Positions 1-11,403 of a DNA stretch of 64,000 bases are shown in pieces. The notes below the pieces were generated by a model. It searched no databases. It was given only the letters and a program-made list of their open reading frames with translations, and was not told the DNA's origin. Position 1 is the first letter of the stretch; every line of letters starts with the position of its first letter. The stretch lies in the sequence record NZ_CP023785.1; one strand, 5' to 3'. Made by a program: the position numbers and the translations under genes. This stretch comes from a plasmid.

Positions 1-152
1 CCAATCAAACATCAGCCAATCGCTTAATTGGAGCCGTTCTTATGGACCTACATGATGAATGGATTTATTCTTCAAGAAAATACATCAATTTTGATAAGTA
101 GAAATGGTAAAAACATTGTATAGCATTTTACACAGGAGTCTGGACTTGACTC
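1..152 (+). mobile_element. IS256-family element, right end only (3' end of transposase ORF ...SANRLIGAVLMDLHDEWIYSSRKYINFDK* plus terminal IR); window starts inside it
   Basis: Bases 1-100 translate to a tnp C-terminus closely matching the C-terminus of the intact IS256 transposase at 20413-21585. The following sequence gtaaaaacattgtatagcattttacacagga..ggacttgac matches the IS256 right end at 21590-21645. Confidence 0.7.
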
Positions 153-196
153 ACTTCCTTTATTATTTTTCATTTTTTTAAACTATTTAATACTAA

Positions 197-1874
197 CCTG
201 AATAATTCATACTTTTAATTAAAACCATGTGAAACTGCCTCACGGCAGCTTACAATTACTTTTTCATCTTCACCCGTTAAGTGATGAAAAAAGAACCCCT
301 TTCTGCTATGGTTAAAGTGACTAAACCAACCAAAAGAAAGGAGTTCTTTTCATGACTAGCTTACACAAAAACCAAGTAAAATTCAATTCAAATATCACTA
401 TTTCTCATACAGGTGGTCAATTATCGAGTGATTCGGGTCTCGTCCTAGTGAAAGAGCTGATGAACATCTTTGGTTTTTCTGAACTGGCTAAGCAACACAT
501 TCACATTGAAGACAAACGAGCGTATTTTACTCATGACAACTTATCCATACTTGAGCAGTTCATTATGCAATTAATTGCTGGTTACTCAGCTGATTCTGCA
601 GCTAATCTCCTGAGACAAGATCCTGTGTTTAAAGCTGTTTTAGATAGGAAAGAACTCGCTTCTCAATCTTCACTTTCCCGATTTTTAGATCGACTATCTG
701 AGGAGAATATCCATGAACTTCAAGCTTTGAACCAAGAACTTATCGATAAAGCACGCCTCATCCGTAATGATACGGAATTAATCATTGATTTAGATTCGAC
801 CCATTCAGATACATTTGGTCACCAAGAACAAACGAATTATAATACACACTACCAAACCTATGGTTACCATCCATTGGTAGCTTTTGACGGATTGACTGGT
901 GACTTCTTAAAAGCTGAACTACGTTCAGGAAATCAATATACATCAAAAGGCGTAAAGGAGTTTCTCACACCTTTATTAGAGCACTATAATCACTCTCTAC
1001 CAAACACTGACATCTTGGTTCGTGGAGACAGCGGGTTCGCTACACCTGGTGTGTATGATTCGTGTGAATCAAAAAAGAGTCATTATGTTATTCGACTGAA
1101 GAATAATCGTAGACTAGGTCAAATAGCTGAGAAATCAGTACTTTATGGCGATAATCAAAAGTGGGAAGAACGAGAAGTTCAGTACTTCTCGACCACTTAT
1201 CAAGCACAATCCTGGTCACAAAGTCGTCGCGTGTGTATACGCTCAACACGTGAAGCGGGCGAACTACTCTTTCGACATGAATTTATCGTGACGAATCTAT
1301 CAGAAAATGTTTCTCCTGATACCATCTTTTCTATCTATGCCAAACGTGGCACAATGGAGAACTTCATTAAAGAAGCGAAAGCTGGCTTTTACTTTGACAA
1401 AACAGACAGTCCTCGCTTTTTGGAGAATCATGTCCGAATGATGCTCAGCTTGATAGCTTACAACTTAGTCAACTTCTTAAGAACGATTGGCTTTGAAGAA
1501 GTCCAAAAGGGAATGACCATTCATTCTATTCGATTGAAGTTTCTGAAAGTTGCTGGGAAATTAGTCCAAACGGGTAGACGAGTCTATCTCAAATTATCTA
1601 GTTATCATGTGTATCAGAATGAATTCTACAGGGTCTTTGCTCGCCTGAGGCGAGCCAGTCAATGGATCTAATCCAACAATCTAACGATTTTTTTACTGGG
1701 AAGTTATCCAGGGAGAAGTATGCTCAAAATGCCTTACACCCAAAATTTATTCCTCAATATTTTTGAACAGTGAATGTTTGAAGTAACTTTTTAGTCAAAA
1801 TCAGTTGATAGGGATATTAGTGATACATATTTCAATAAAATGTGCCAAAGAATTAAAGCTATGAATTATTCAGG
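197..1874 (+). mobile_element. IS1380-family insertion sequence (about 1.68 kb) with 15-bp terminal IRs cctgaataattcata and 6-bp flanking direct repeat tactaa
   Basis: IRs at 197-211 and 1860-1874 (inverted); identical tactaa at 191-196 and 1875-1880; single 439-aa DDE ORF inside. Confidence 0.7.
352..1671 (+). CDS. IS1380-family DDE transposase (439 aa)
   Basis: Length and motifs (HYQTYGYHPLVAFD..., DSGFATPGVYD...) are typical of the IS1380/DDE_Tnp_1_3 group. Family assignment is from memory. Confidence 0.7.
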   Translation: MTSLHKNQVKFNSNITISHTGGQLSSDSGLVLVKELMNIFGFSELAKQHIHIEDKRAYFTHDNLSILEQFIMQLIAGYSADSAANLLRQDPVFKAVLDRKELASQSSLSRFLDRLSEENIHELQALNQELIDKARLIRNDTELIIDLDSTHSDTFGHQEQTNYNTHYQTYGYHPLVAFDGLTGDFLKAELRSGNQYTSKGVKEFLTPLLEHYNHSLPNTDILVRGDSGFATPGVYDSCESKKSHYVIRLKNNRRLGQIAEKSVLYGDNQKWEEREVQYFSTTYQAQSWSQSRRVCIRSTREAGELLFRHEFIVTNLSENVSPDTIFSIYAKRGTMENFIKEAKAGFYFDKTDSPRFLENHVRMMLSLIAYNLVNFLRTIGFEEVQKGMTIHSIRLKFLKVAGKLVQTGRRVYLKLSSYHVYQNEFYRVFARLRRASQWI

Positions 1875-1914
1875 TACTAATGTCTTTTATAATAGCTTTT
1901 CATATATTATATAA

Positions 1915-2655
1915 TCAATCTTTATAAGTCCTTTTATAAATTTCTTTTCTACCATTTTCGATAAATTCCTGTTTAATATTTTTAATTCCATAAACAATAG
2001 TTTCAATAGGATAATATTCTTCAACTATATCTTGATATTCTTTTGCTTTCTCAATATCTATATTTCCATACATTCTTAATATATCTTCTCCAAAATTTGT
2101 TCCTATTTCTTCTTCACTATCTTCAAGTAAGTATATAAAATCACAATATTCATCTATAATTCCAGAATCTCCAAAATCAATTATTCCAGTTAATCTATTA
2201 TTGCCATCTAACAATAGATGATTACAACTAAAATCATTATGGCATAAACACTTTTTACCCTCAAAAACTGTTGTTGCATTTAGTCTTTCCATAAAACTTT
2301 CTATATAATCTTTTTCTATATCAGTTAAATCATTATAAATAGTTTCACGCAACAATATATACTCTTCTAATACATTTTGTTTATTATCAATAGTACATTC
2401 ACTAATATCTGTATAATCTAAACCGTGCATTTGTCTTAAAAAACTGGCAATATCTCGTTTTAACAAATTTTGTTCTTCTTCTGACATAGTAGAATAAATT
2501 TCTGGTGTTAAAAAAGTTCCTTTAATTTCTTTATAACCTAGTATAGATAATTCATCACTAATATACGAATATTCAATATTAGGAATTTTTACATTAGTTT
2601 CTAAATTTGTATTTAAAAAATTATATATTGCTTTTTCTTTTGCATAACCTTTTTT
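1915..2655 (-). pseudogene. aacA-aphD: 3' portion (APH(2'') domain) of bifunctional aac(6')-Ie-aph(2'')-Ia, separated from its 5' part by an IS256-family insertion
   Basis: Translation [25 protein letters not shown]...[12 protein letters not shown] matches the C-terminal two thirds of AAC(6')-APH(2'') as I recall it; the gene resumes immediately left of the 8-bp duplication cctttttt. Confidence 0.9.
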
Positions 2656-4807
<2,152 letters not shown>

Positions 4808-4808
4808 T

Positions 4809-6572
4809 TGTCAATATAGTTGTCGTATTTTTATTTTCCACCTATCAAAAAGCAGAACCTCCCTATGGTCGGTTGGCCTCGTTATCCAATAGGGGAAGAA
4901 TAACTTTTTCCCCTATTGGGTGACGAGGGTTATTTGATAATCTTGAAAGATTATGCTCCTGTTAACTTTCTGTTTCTTTTAAAGGATTCAACGCCACCGA
5001 TTGATGTGGAGTCCAATTTCGAACACCTTTTGACCAGCGTTCAGGATGGCGCTTTTTAGCGTCCTCGTAAACCTGCTTTCGTTTCTCTAAAATAGCGAGA
5101 TGTCGTCCTTCATGACACGCTGCAGGAGACACAAATTGAATCCCACTATGCAAATGAGAATCGTTATACCAATCGACAAACTCTTTCGTCCATTTTCGAG
5201 CATCATCTATTGTTTTAAAGCCGTTATTGGGATATTCTGGTCGATATTTTAACGTTCGGAAAGCCGCTTCCGAATAAGGATTGTCATTACTCACTCGTGG
5301 TCTTGAATAAGAACTTTGAATTCCTAATTTTTCGAGTAAGACTTGAAAAGTCGCGGCTTTCATAGGGCTGCCATTATCGGAGTGTAAAACCAACGGCTGT
5401 CCTTGGATACGTTCCTTAAGCACCGTCTGTTTAATAAGTTTTTCGGCATGACGAGCTTCTTCTGATTCCCAAATCTCCCAGCCTACCATTTTACGGCTAA
5501 ATAAATCAATGATGAGATATAACCGGTAAAAGAGTCCTTTTATTGGACCTTTTAGCCAAGTAATATCCCAAGTCCAAACTTCATTTGGCTTCGTCGCAAG
5601 GTGACTTGGCGGTATGCGTTTTTGTGAAACTTGACTTCGGCCACGGTGATGTTGCATATTTTTTTCTCGCAATACACGATAGAAGCTAGACTCTGATGCA
5701 ATATAAATCGAGCAATCCGCAAGTTTTGGTACAATTTGGCTAGGTGGCAAATTCATAAATTCTTTTTTTGAAACGGTTTCTATTATTTTTTCGCGTTCTT
5801 GATCCGTCAGTTTATTTTTGGGTACAGGACGTTTCGCCAAAGGGCGTTGATCATGCGCTATCGTACCTTCACGCGTCCATCGTTCGTAGGTTCGAACGCT
5901 AATATTCAGCTCATTACAGGCATAGGTGAGACGGGCCCCATTGCGATTGGCTTCTTGAATAAGTTCAACAGCTTGTTTGCGATCTGAAGATGAAATCATT
6001 CTTCCTCTTGGTCCCCCCCAAATCGCGTGTGCTTTTTTTCTTAGTAATAAGAGAGCAGCGGCTTCCGCTAATGCTTTTTCCTTATGACGTAATTCTTTCT
6101 CTAATTGACGCGCTTGTTTTTTCTCTTCTTTTAGTTCAGTTGCAAGTTCTCTCGTTCGATTTTCTTCCTGTTCATTCGCAGATAAGCACGTTTTCTTCCA
6201 AGCCTCAATTTGTTCTTTAAATAAGCCCTTCTTTCGGCAATATTCCGCAAGTTCTACTTGGTTCATTGAGAATGATTCCATCACAATTAAAAATTTATCT
6301 TCACTTGACCATTTTTCGACATTTTTTTTCGTTCCGGGTGTAGTATTCCCTTGAATTCTAGCTTTTTTACGCCAAGAACAAAGAGTCGCTTCTGGAATGC
6401 CCAAAGTTTGACTTAATTGGCGAATCCCCCTATTTTCGGGTGGCATCATTTTCTTGATGGCTGTCGCTTTCAGTTCGGTAGAGTAACGTTCATTGTTTTT
6501 ATTTGTCATGGTAATCATCCTCCGTATAGTCTTTATTATAACTTATTATCCTATACGACAACTAGCCTAACA
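4809..6572 (-). mobile_element. IS3-family element (~1.76 kb) with terminal IRs tgt(c/t)a..tagttgtcgtat and a 19-bp internal hairpin 4856-4912
   Basis: Ends were defined by comparing 4809-4840 with the reverse complement of 6548-6572. There is no TSD; on both sides the element abuts truncated genes. Confidence 0.55.
4962..6518 (-). CDS. IS3-family transposase, OrfA-OrfB fused in one 518-aa frame (HTH + leucine zipper + rve DDE core)
   Basis: N-terminal HTH and zipper ELATELKEEKKQARQLEKEL; C-terminal integrase core WTWDITW..HSDNGSPMKA.. Confidence 0.75.
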   Translation of the reverse strand: MITMTNKNNERYSTELKATAIKKMMPPENRGIRQLSQTLGIPEATLCSWRKKARIQGNTTPGTKKNVEKWSSEDKFLIVMESFSMNQVELAEYCRKKGLFKEQIEAWKKTCLSANEQEENRTRELATELKEEKKQARQLEKELRHKEKALAEAAALLLLRKKAHAIWGGPRGRMISSSDRKQAVELIQEANRNGARLTYACNELNISVRTYERWTREGTIAHDQRPLAKRPVPKNKLTDQEREKIIETVSKKEFMNLPPSQIVPKLADCSIYIASESSFYRVLREKNMQHHRGRSQVSQKRIPPSHLATKPNEVWTWDITWLKGPIKGLFYRLYLIIDLFSRKMVGWEIWESEEARHAEKLIKQTVLKERIQGQPLVLHSDNGSPMKAATFQVLLEKLGIQSSYSRPRVSNDNPYSEAAFRTLKYRPEYPNNGFKTIDDARKWTKEFVDWYNDSHLHSGIQFVSPAACHEGRHLAILEKRKQVYEDAKKRHPERWSKGVRNWTPHQSVALNPLKETES

Positions 6573-6833
6573 TAGGGGGTCTTGTAGTGCTTTAGCTTTA
6601 AATTTTGTTTGAAGTATATCCCAAAGTCTAATTTGTGGATCTAAACTCATAAAATCGGATAGCTTTTTAGCGCTGTTTTTATTAAGGTTTCCGACTATCG
6701 TCATAGCGTCAAAGCTCAATTTCGGATTAGAAGTGCACACGAAATGTGCGTCTAACCGGCTATTAGAGTACGCCGGTTTTTTTGTGTAATTTTCCACCAA
6801 ATTTTCTTGCTCATTTTTCGTTATTTTTGCCAT
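6573..6833 (-). pseudogene. N-terminal 87 codons of a pT181-family (Rep_trans) rolling-circle replication initiator, truncated by the IS3 element; contains dso-like IR aaccggcgtactctaatagccggtt (6754-6778)
   Basis: [84 protein letters not shown] is near-colinear with pT181 RepC residues ~20-95 (from memory), and the nick-site motif TACTCT/AATAGCCGGTT sits in the same position as in pT181. Confidence 0.8.
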
Positions 6834-7003
6834 AAAAAGCGACTCCTTAATTTTGTTTAAGAAGTCGCTTTTCCAATTACATTTGCGAATATATATCTTG
6901 AAGAATAATCTTAAATCGTTTAATATCAAGATATACAATTAAGAAACAAACATCGACTGTTTATTTTGCTCACAAACTTTGGTCGGGGAGTGAGCGACTT
7001 CTT
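6834..7003 (-). promoter_or_regulatory. rep leader with pT181-type transcription attenuator: terminator hairpin (6835-6844/6863-6872) that sequesters the SD aaggagtc just 5' of the ATG, plus upstream preemptor aagaagtcgct (6992-7002) complementary to the 5' arm
   Basis: Complementarities read directly from sequence; arrangement corresponds to the countertranscript-driven attenuation described for pT181. Confidence 0.45.
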
Positions 7004-7070
7004 ATTTTTATTTTGTTATTAATATAACACTAACAAAAGACTTGGTCTAATTAGATCAAGTCTTTTTTAG
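6933..7070 (+). ncRNA. candidate antisense copy-control countertranscript (promoter ttgaag-N17-taatat at 6897-6925, ends at terminator 7038-7069)
   Basis: Promoter and terminator read from sequence; orientation opposite to rep leader. Confidence 0.3.
7038..7069. terminator. bidirectional rho-independent terminator aagacttggtct-aatt-agatcaagtctt + TTTT
   Basis: 12-bp stem with one G-U pair, T-run on plus and A-run upstream. Confidence 0.5.
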
Positions 7071-7508
7071 TACCAAAACTTATTACATAATCAAAACTTA
7101 ATTCTCTTTAGATAATTTATATTGCTGGTAAGTATAATAAACTATCAATGATTGCACTACTACTTGTGAAAAAGCTAATGATACTCGAATGATTTTCTTC
7201 GTTTTCTCACTCATTTTACTCAACTCCTTTCGTTGCTTTATTCCAATTTCCTTATTGGTCGGAACCTACAGGGCTTTATGTGTTGTTGAGTTGGTACTTT
7301 CTTGGGATTAATCCCAATTCAAGTCCAACCAACTCGCTAACAAGTTAGCTAACACATAGCCCATTCCAACCAATAAGTTTTCTCGGCATAAAAACGTGTT
7401 ATAATACTATTAGTTGTTTTTTCATAAGGAGTTACCCCCTTATTTGCATTTATTTTGCATTTTAAGGGGGTATTTTGCGTATTTAGCCCTTTTTATATAT
7501 AAATCTAC

Positions 7509-8060
7509 CTAAAGGTCATTAAATACTCTAAAAAACAATGCTATGAGCCACAGAATGATAGCGAAGAATACATAGGGTACTGCATAAAGTATCAACATCA
7601 AATATCGCCATGCACTTTCGTGGTCATCAATAAAACCATTAATAAAGCTATATAAATGTTCAATACCAAAGAAATGACCTATCGGACCTGTCACAAGCAT
7701 TACAAGTACAAAAATAATTAGCACAAAAAATATATTTGTAACGCCTTTTGTCATCACTTTTAGCGCTGTATTCGATTTATCAACCACTTTGTTATGGTCT
7801 TTTATTTTACTTTCTAAGATTTCTTTATACTCTTTTGTTTCTTCTCTCGCTTGTTTCGTCACTTCACGTATTTCGTCTTTAGTATCGCTTAATTCATCTT
7901 GAATAGCTTGTTGAAAATCTAATTTCAAATTATCTTCATCAAGTCGTTTAATATAGTGCTTTGCAGTTGTTTCAAAGTTTAATCTTGCATGCTTAGTCTT
8001 TTCTTCAAAAACATCTAACTTATTATTAAAGTTCGAGGTCGAAGCCTCTAGTCTTTTCAT
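7509..8060 (-). CDS. hypothetical protein, coiled-coil N-terminus and two C-terminal TM helices (183 aa)
   Basis: ORF with hydrophobic C-terminal segments; followed by hairpin 7440-7480. Confidence 0.45.
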   Translation of the reverse strand: MKRLEASTSNFNNKLDVFEEKTKHARLNFETTAKHYIKRLDEDNLKLDFQQAIQDELSDTKDEIREVTKQAREETKEYKEILESKIKDHNKVVDKSNTALKVMTKGVTNIFFVLIIFVLVMLVTGPIGHFFGIEHLYSFINGFIDDHESAWRYLMLILYAVPYVFFAIILWLIALFFRVFNDL

Positions 8061-8100
8061 GAGTATGTTTGTTCTCTCGTTCCTGTCTTGCTCGCTCTTC

Positions 8101-8531
8101 GGTTCTGTTGCAAAGTTTTAAATAAAGAATAAAATCCCTTACGGTATCTATGATTTAAGCTGGGATTCCCAATAATACCTTGATTTCAGTACAGACCGAA
8201 AACCCGAAGAGAGTGCCTTCTTTCCGGGTTTTCTTATATAATCCTCGAATGGCTTCCATGCCTTTAATCGTGGTAGAGGCAGTGCGTAAACTTCGATAGA
8301 ATTTATTGCGTCTCTTTACTGGACGATGGTCTTGTTCAATCAAATTATTCAGGTATTTAATGGTACGATGTTCTGTCCCTTGATAAAAGCCGTATTCTTT
8401 TAGTTTCTTAAAGGCACTTGTAATAGAGGGGGCTTTATCTGTGACTACAACCTTCGGTTCATCAAACTGCTTCACTAACCGCTTAAGAAAAGCATAGGCT
8501 GCTTGTGTGTCCCGTTTTTTACGTAACCAAA
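8101..8531 (-). mobile_element. IS1216 3' fragment (IR + C-terminal ~120 codons), truncated by insertion of a second IS6 element
   Basis: IR at 8101-8119; translation WLRKKRDTQAAYAFLKRLVKQFDEPKVVV... identical to intact copies. Confidence 0.85.
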
Positions 8532-9339
8532 GGTTCTGTTGCAAAGTTTTCCAAAAAATCTATTTTAGTGTAAAATTGAGAAAAAAGACAGAGAGGACAG
8601 AGTAATGAATCATTTTAAAGGCAAACAATTCAAAAAAGACGTCATTATTGTCGCTGTTGGTTACTACCTGCGTTACAATCTAAGCTATCGTGAAGTTCAG
8701 GAATTGTTATATGATCGTGGAATAAATGTTTGTCATACTACGATTTATCGTTGGGTGCAAGAGTACAGCAAAGTCCTCTATTATCTTTGGAAGAAGAAAA
8801 ATAGACAATCCTTCTATTCATGGAAAATGGACGAAACCTATATCAAAATTAAGGGACGTTGGCATTATCTTTATCGTGCAATTGATGCGGACGGCTTAAC
8901 CTTAGATATCTGGTTACGAAAGAAACGGGATACGCAAGCAGCCTATGCTTTCTTAAAACGACTCCATAAACAGTTTGGTGAGCCGAAAGCAATTGTGACC
9001 GATAAAGCACCTTCTCTTGGCTCCGCCTTTAGAAAGTTACAGAGTGTGGGTTTATATACTAAGACAGAGCACCGAACTGTGAAGTATCTTAACAATTTAA
9101 TAGAACAAGACCATCGACCTATTAAACGACGAAATAAATTTTATCAAAGTCTCCGTACAGCCTCTTCCACGATTAAGGGCATGGAGACCATTCGAGGAAT
9201 ATATAAAAAGAACCGAAGAAATGGAACGCTCTTCGGCTTTTCGGTGTCTACTGAAATCAAGGTATTAATGGGAATAACAGCCTAAGATATTTGGAGTTCA
9301 GAGAGGGCGCGTTTGATTTTCAAACTTCGCAACAGAACC
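8532..9339 (+). mobile_element. IS6-family element, variant related to but distinct from IS1216 (IRs ggttctgttgcaaagttt / aaacttcgcaacagaacc)
   Basis: IRs read directly; tnp ~80% identical at protein level to IS1216 copies. Confidence 0.85.
8605..9285 (+). CDS. IS6-family transposase (226 aa, variant)
   Basis: MNHFKGKQFKKDVIIVAVGYYLRYNLSYREVQELLYDRGINVCHTTIYRW... Confidence 0.9.
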   Translation: MNHFKGKQFKKDVIIVAVGYYLRYNLSYREVQELLYDRGINVCHTTIYRWVQEYSKVLYYLWKKKNRQSFYSWKMDETYIKIKGRWHYLYRAIDADGLTLDIWLRKKRDTQAAYAFLKRLHKQFGEPKAIVTDKAPSLGSAFRKLQSVGLYTKTEHRTVKYLNNLIEQDHRPIKRRNKFYQSLRTASSTIKGMETIRGIYKKNRRNGTLFGFSVSTEIKVLMGITA

Positions 9340-9876
9340 GAAGGACTTAACATTGATAAATTATTCCAAGAAAAAGCCAGTGGTAAAGATACTGAGCGTC
9401 CTGAGTTTCAAAAATTACTAAATTATATCCGTGAAGGTGATTGCGTCATCGTTACATCACTAGATCGTTTAGGAAGAGATTATGAAGATATAAAAAATAC
9501 AGTTGCTTTTATGAAACAGAAAAAAGTAGCGTTAAAAATATTAGATGCACAGTTTTTAGATTTTAATACTGGAAATGAACTCCTGGATACCGCTATGTTC
9601 GATATGTTTTTATCACTGCTAAGTTATATTGCACAAAACGAGCGTGAGAAAATTCGTGAACGTCAGCGGCAAGGAGTATTATTGGCTCAAAAAGCCGGCC
9701 GATATAAGGGACGACCAATCGAGTATTCTATTAACTCAACAGATCCGCAAAAACGCTTAGTTTTTAAAACCGTGGTGGACATGTTAAAGCAAGGCATTCC
9801 AGTTGCAGAGATTGCAAAAGAAAACGGGATCTCTCGACCAACTATTTATAAAATAAAGAAAGCGAATGATTTGTAG
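9340..9876 (+). pseudogene. serine resolvase (tnpR-like) lacking its N-terminal catalytic segment, truncated by the IS6 element
   Basis: From EGLNIDKLFQEKASGKD onward it is ~95% identical to the full-length resolvase at 45128-45733; the Ser-containing GYIRVSS segment is absent. Confidence 0.8.
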
Positions 9877-9901
9877 AAATATACTACATTCATTCGCTTT
9901 T

Positions 9902-9938
9902 CTACCGCACTATTTCGTTTCTATGTTCCATGTACCCC
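9902..9938. repeat. Tn3-family-like 38-bp terminal inverted repeat (reverse complement ggggtacatggaacatagaaacgaaatagtgcggtag)
   Basis: Same sequence at 44447-44483 and inverted at 45760-45796; GGGG start and GGAAC..GAAAA core resemble Tn3-type IRs. Confidence 0.5.
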
Positions 9939-10121
9939 GTATCGGCGATGGCATTTAGGACAGTAAAAGTAATTTTTTTGATAAACACTTTTTGCTAATT
10001 CCCCACAGTCACACTCCACGTGAAAAGCAATATTTCGATTAAAACTAGTTATTTCAATGCCCCAACGATCATAAGATTTTCGCTTCATAAAAATTTTCCT
10101 CCTTGTAAATTTTACTAACGA

Positions 10122-10427
10122 TTATAAATACCGTTGCCATTCTTTCAACTGTTGACTAATTAACGCATAAAATTCGACTTCTGATAAAATGGTAATCTCA
10201 TGACCTAACGCAATCAAGTCCCGCGCGGTTTGTTCCTTTTTTGTATAGAGAGAATCATCAAACAACGACTTAGAATACTGACCACAAACCAGGAAATTTG
10301 TTTTTGAAGTAACACTTGATTGACAATGGCCGTTTAAAGAGTGAACCAAACCGATGGCTTGGGTTCGTGTCATTTGCTGCAGCGTTCCAGTAAAAACGAC
10401 CCTTTGATTCGTTAAGTCCATTTTCAA
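10122..10427 (-). CDS. BRCT-domain protein (101 aa)
   Basis: VVFTGTL...FLVCG pattern typical of BRCT modules as found at ligase C-termini. Confidence 0.45.
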   Translation of the reverse strand: MKMDLTNQRVVFTGTLQQMTRTQAIGLVHSLNGHCQSSVTSKTNFLVCGQYSKSLFDDSLYTKKEQTARDLIALGHEITILSEVEFYALISQQLKEWQRYL

Positions 10428-10461
10428 ACTCTCCCTTCCCGTCTAATAGCTGTTATATCTA

Positions 10462-11079
10462 TCAAGAAAAGTGGTGCAAGGTATGTTCATATTCTTTCAC
10501 CCGTCGATAAAAGGTATTTCGTTTCATGCCCAATTGATCCATAGCATAGACTGCAGTTATCTTTCCTGCTTTCCAGTCAGAATAGATCGCAGGAAATTCA
10601 GGAGGTAAAGCAATTTTCTTTCTGCCGAATTTTACACCCTTTTGTTTCGCAGCTTCTACGCCTTCTCTTTGCCGGCTATTAATTCGTTTCCGCTCGTCTT
10701 CGGCCATATAGCTGAGTAATTGCAGAATTAAGTCAGAGATAAGCGTCTCTAACCCATCTAGTTGCTTGTAACTAGCAGTATCTAACAGAGGCATGTCTAA
10801 CACAGAAATATCAATCTGCTTTTCCTTAGTTAATTCTCGCCATTCTTCTAAAATCATTTGTTTATTTCTGCCTAGTCTATCTAATGATTGTAGATAGAGT
10901 AAATCTCCTTTTCGAAACATCCGTTTCATTAATTGATATTCAGGGCGTTTAAAATCTTTGCCGCTGGCTTTTTCTACAAATATATATTCTTCAGGGATTC
11001 CTAATTCCTTCGCGGAAATCAGTTGTCGTTCGATCGATTGATCATAACTACTGACCCGGATATAAAAAAATTTTCTCAT
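10462..11079 (-). CDS. serine recombinase (resolvase/invertase family, 205 aa)
   Basis: FYIRVSSYDQSIERQ catalytic Ser motif, C-terminal HTH. Confidence 0.85.
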   Translation of the reverse strand: MRKFFYIRVSSYDQSIERQLISAKELGIPEEYIFVEKASGKDFKRPEYQLMKRMFRKGDLLYLQSLDRLGRNKQMILEEWRELTKEKQIDISVLDMPLLDTASYKQLDGLETLISDLILQLLSYMAEDERKRINSRQREGVEAAKQKGVKFGRKKIALPPEFPAIYSDWKAGKITAVYAMDQLGMKRNTFYRRVKEYEHTLHHFS

Positions 11080-11403
11080 CGTTTTTATCTACCCTTTTTT
11101 CACTAAAATTGTTTCAAAACAATCAGATTAAATCAGAAACGTTTCAAATTGTATTATGTGGTTATTATGCCATACATAAACAAAGAAAATCAAGGCATGT
11201 CAAAAAGTATACTTTTTGAAACAGTAAGTTTACACTCCCGCATGATTATATTTATTCCGCTAAAATACATAAAAATGGCAGGCCTTAACGGTCTGCCATT
11301 AAATAAACTAGTTATCCAGTTTTTCTTTTATGTCTTCCATGGTATATTTTATTTTTCACATCAGAATTTGACTTCTTTAACTTTTACAATTTTTTTAACA
11401 CTA

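Noticed and set aside
5552-6220. Three small ORFs (5552-5734 -, 5799-5987 +, 5990-6220 +) inside the IS3 transposase gene
   Set aside because: Overlap the long, homology-supported transposase frame; no translation signals.
8155-8544. Complete 129-aa transposase gene
   Set aside because: Its first codons (MQQNL) are read from the IR of the adjacent IS6 element; it is an IS1216 3' fragment.
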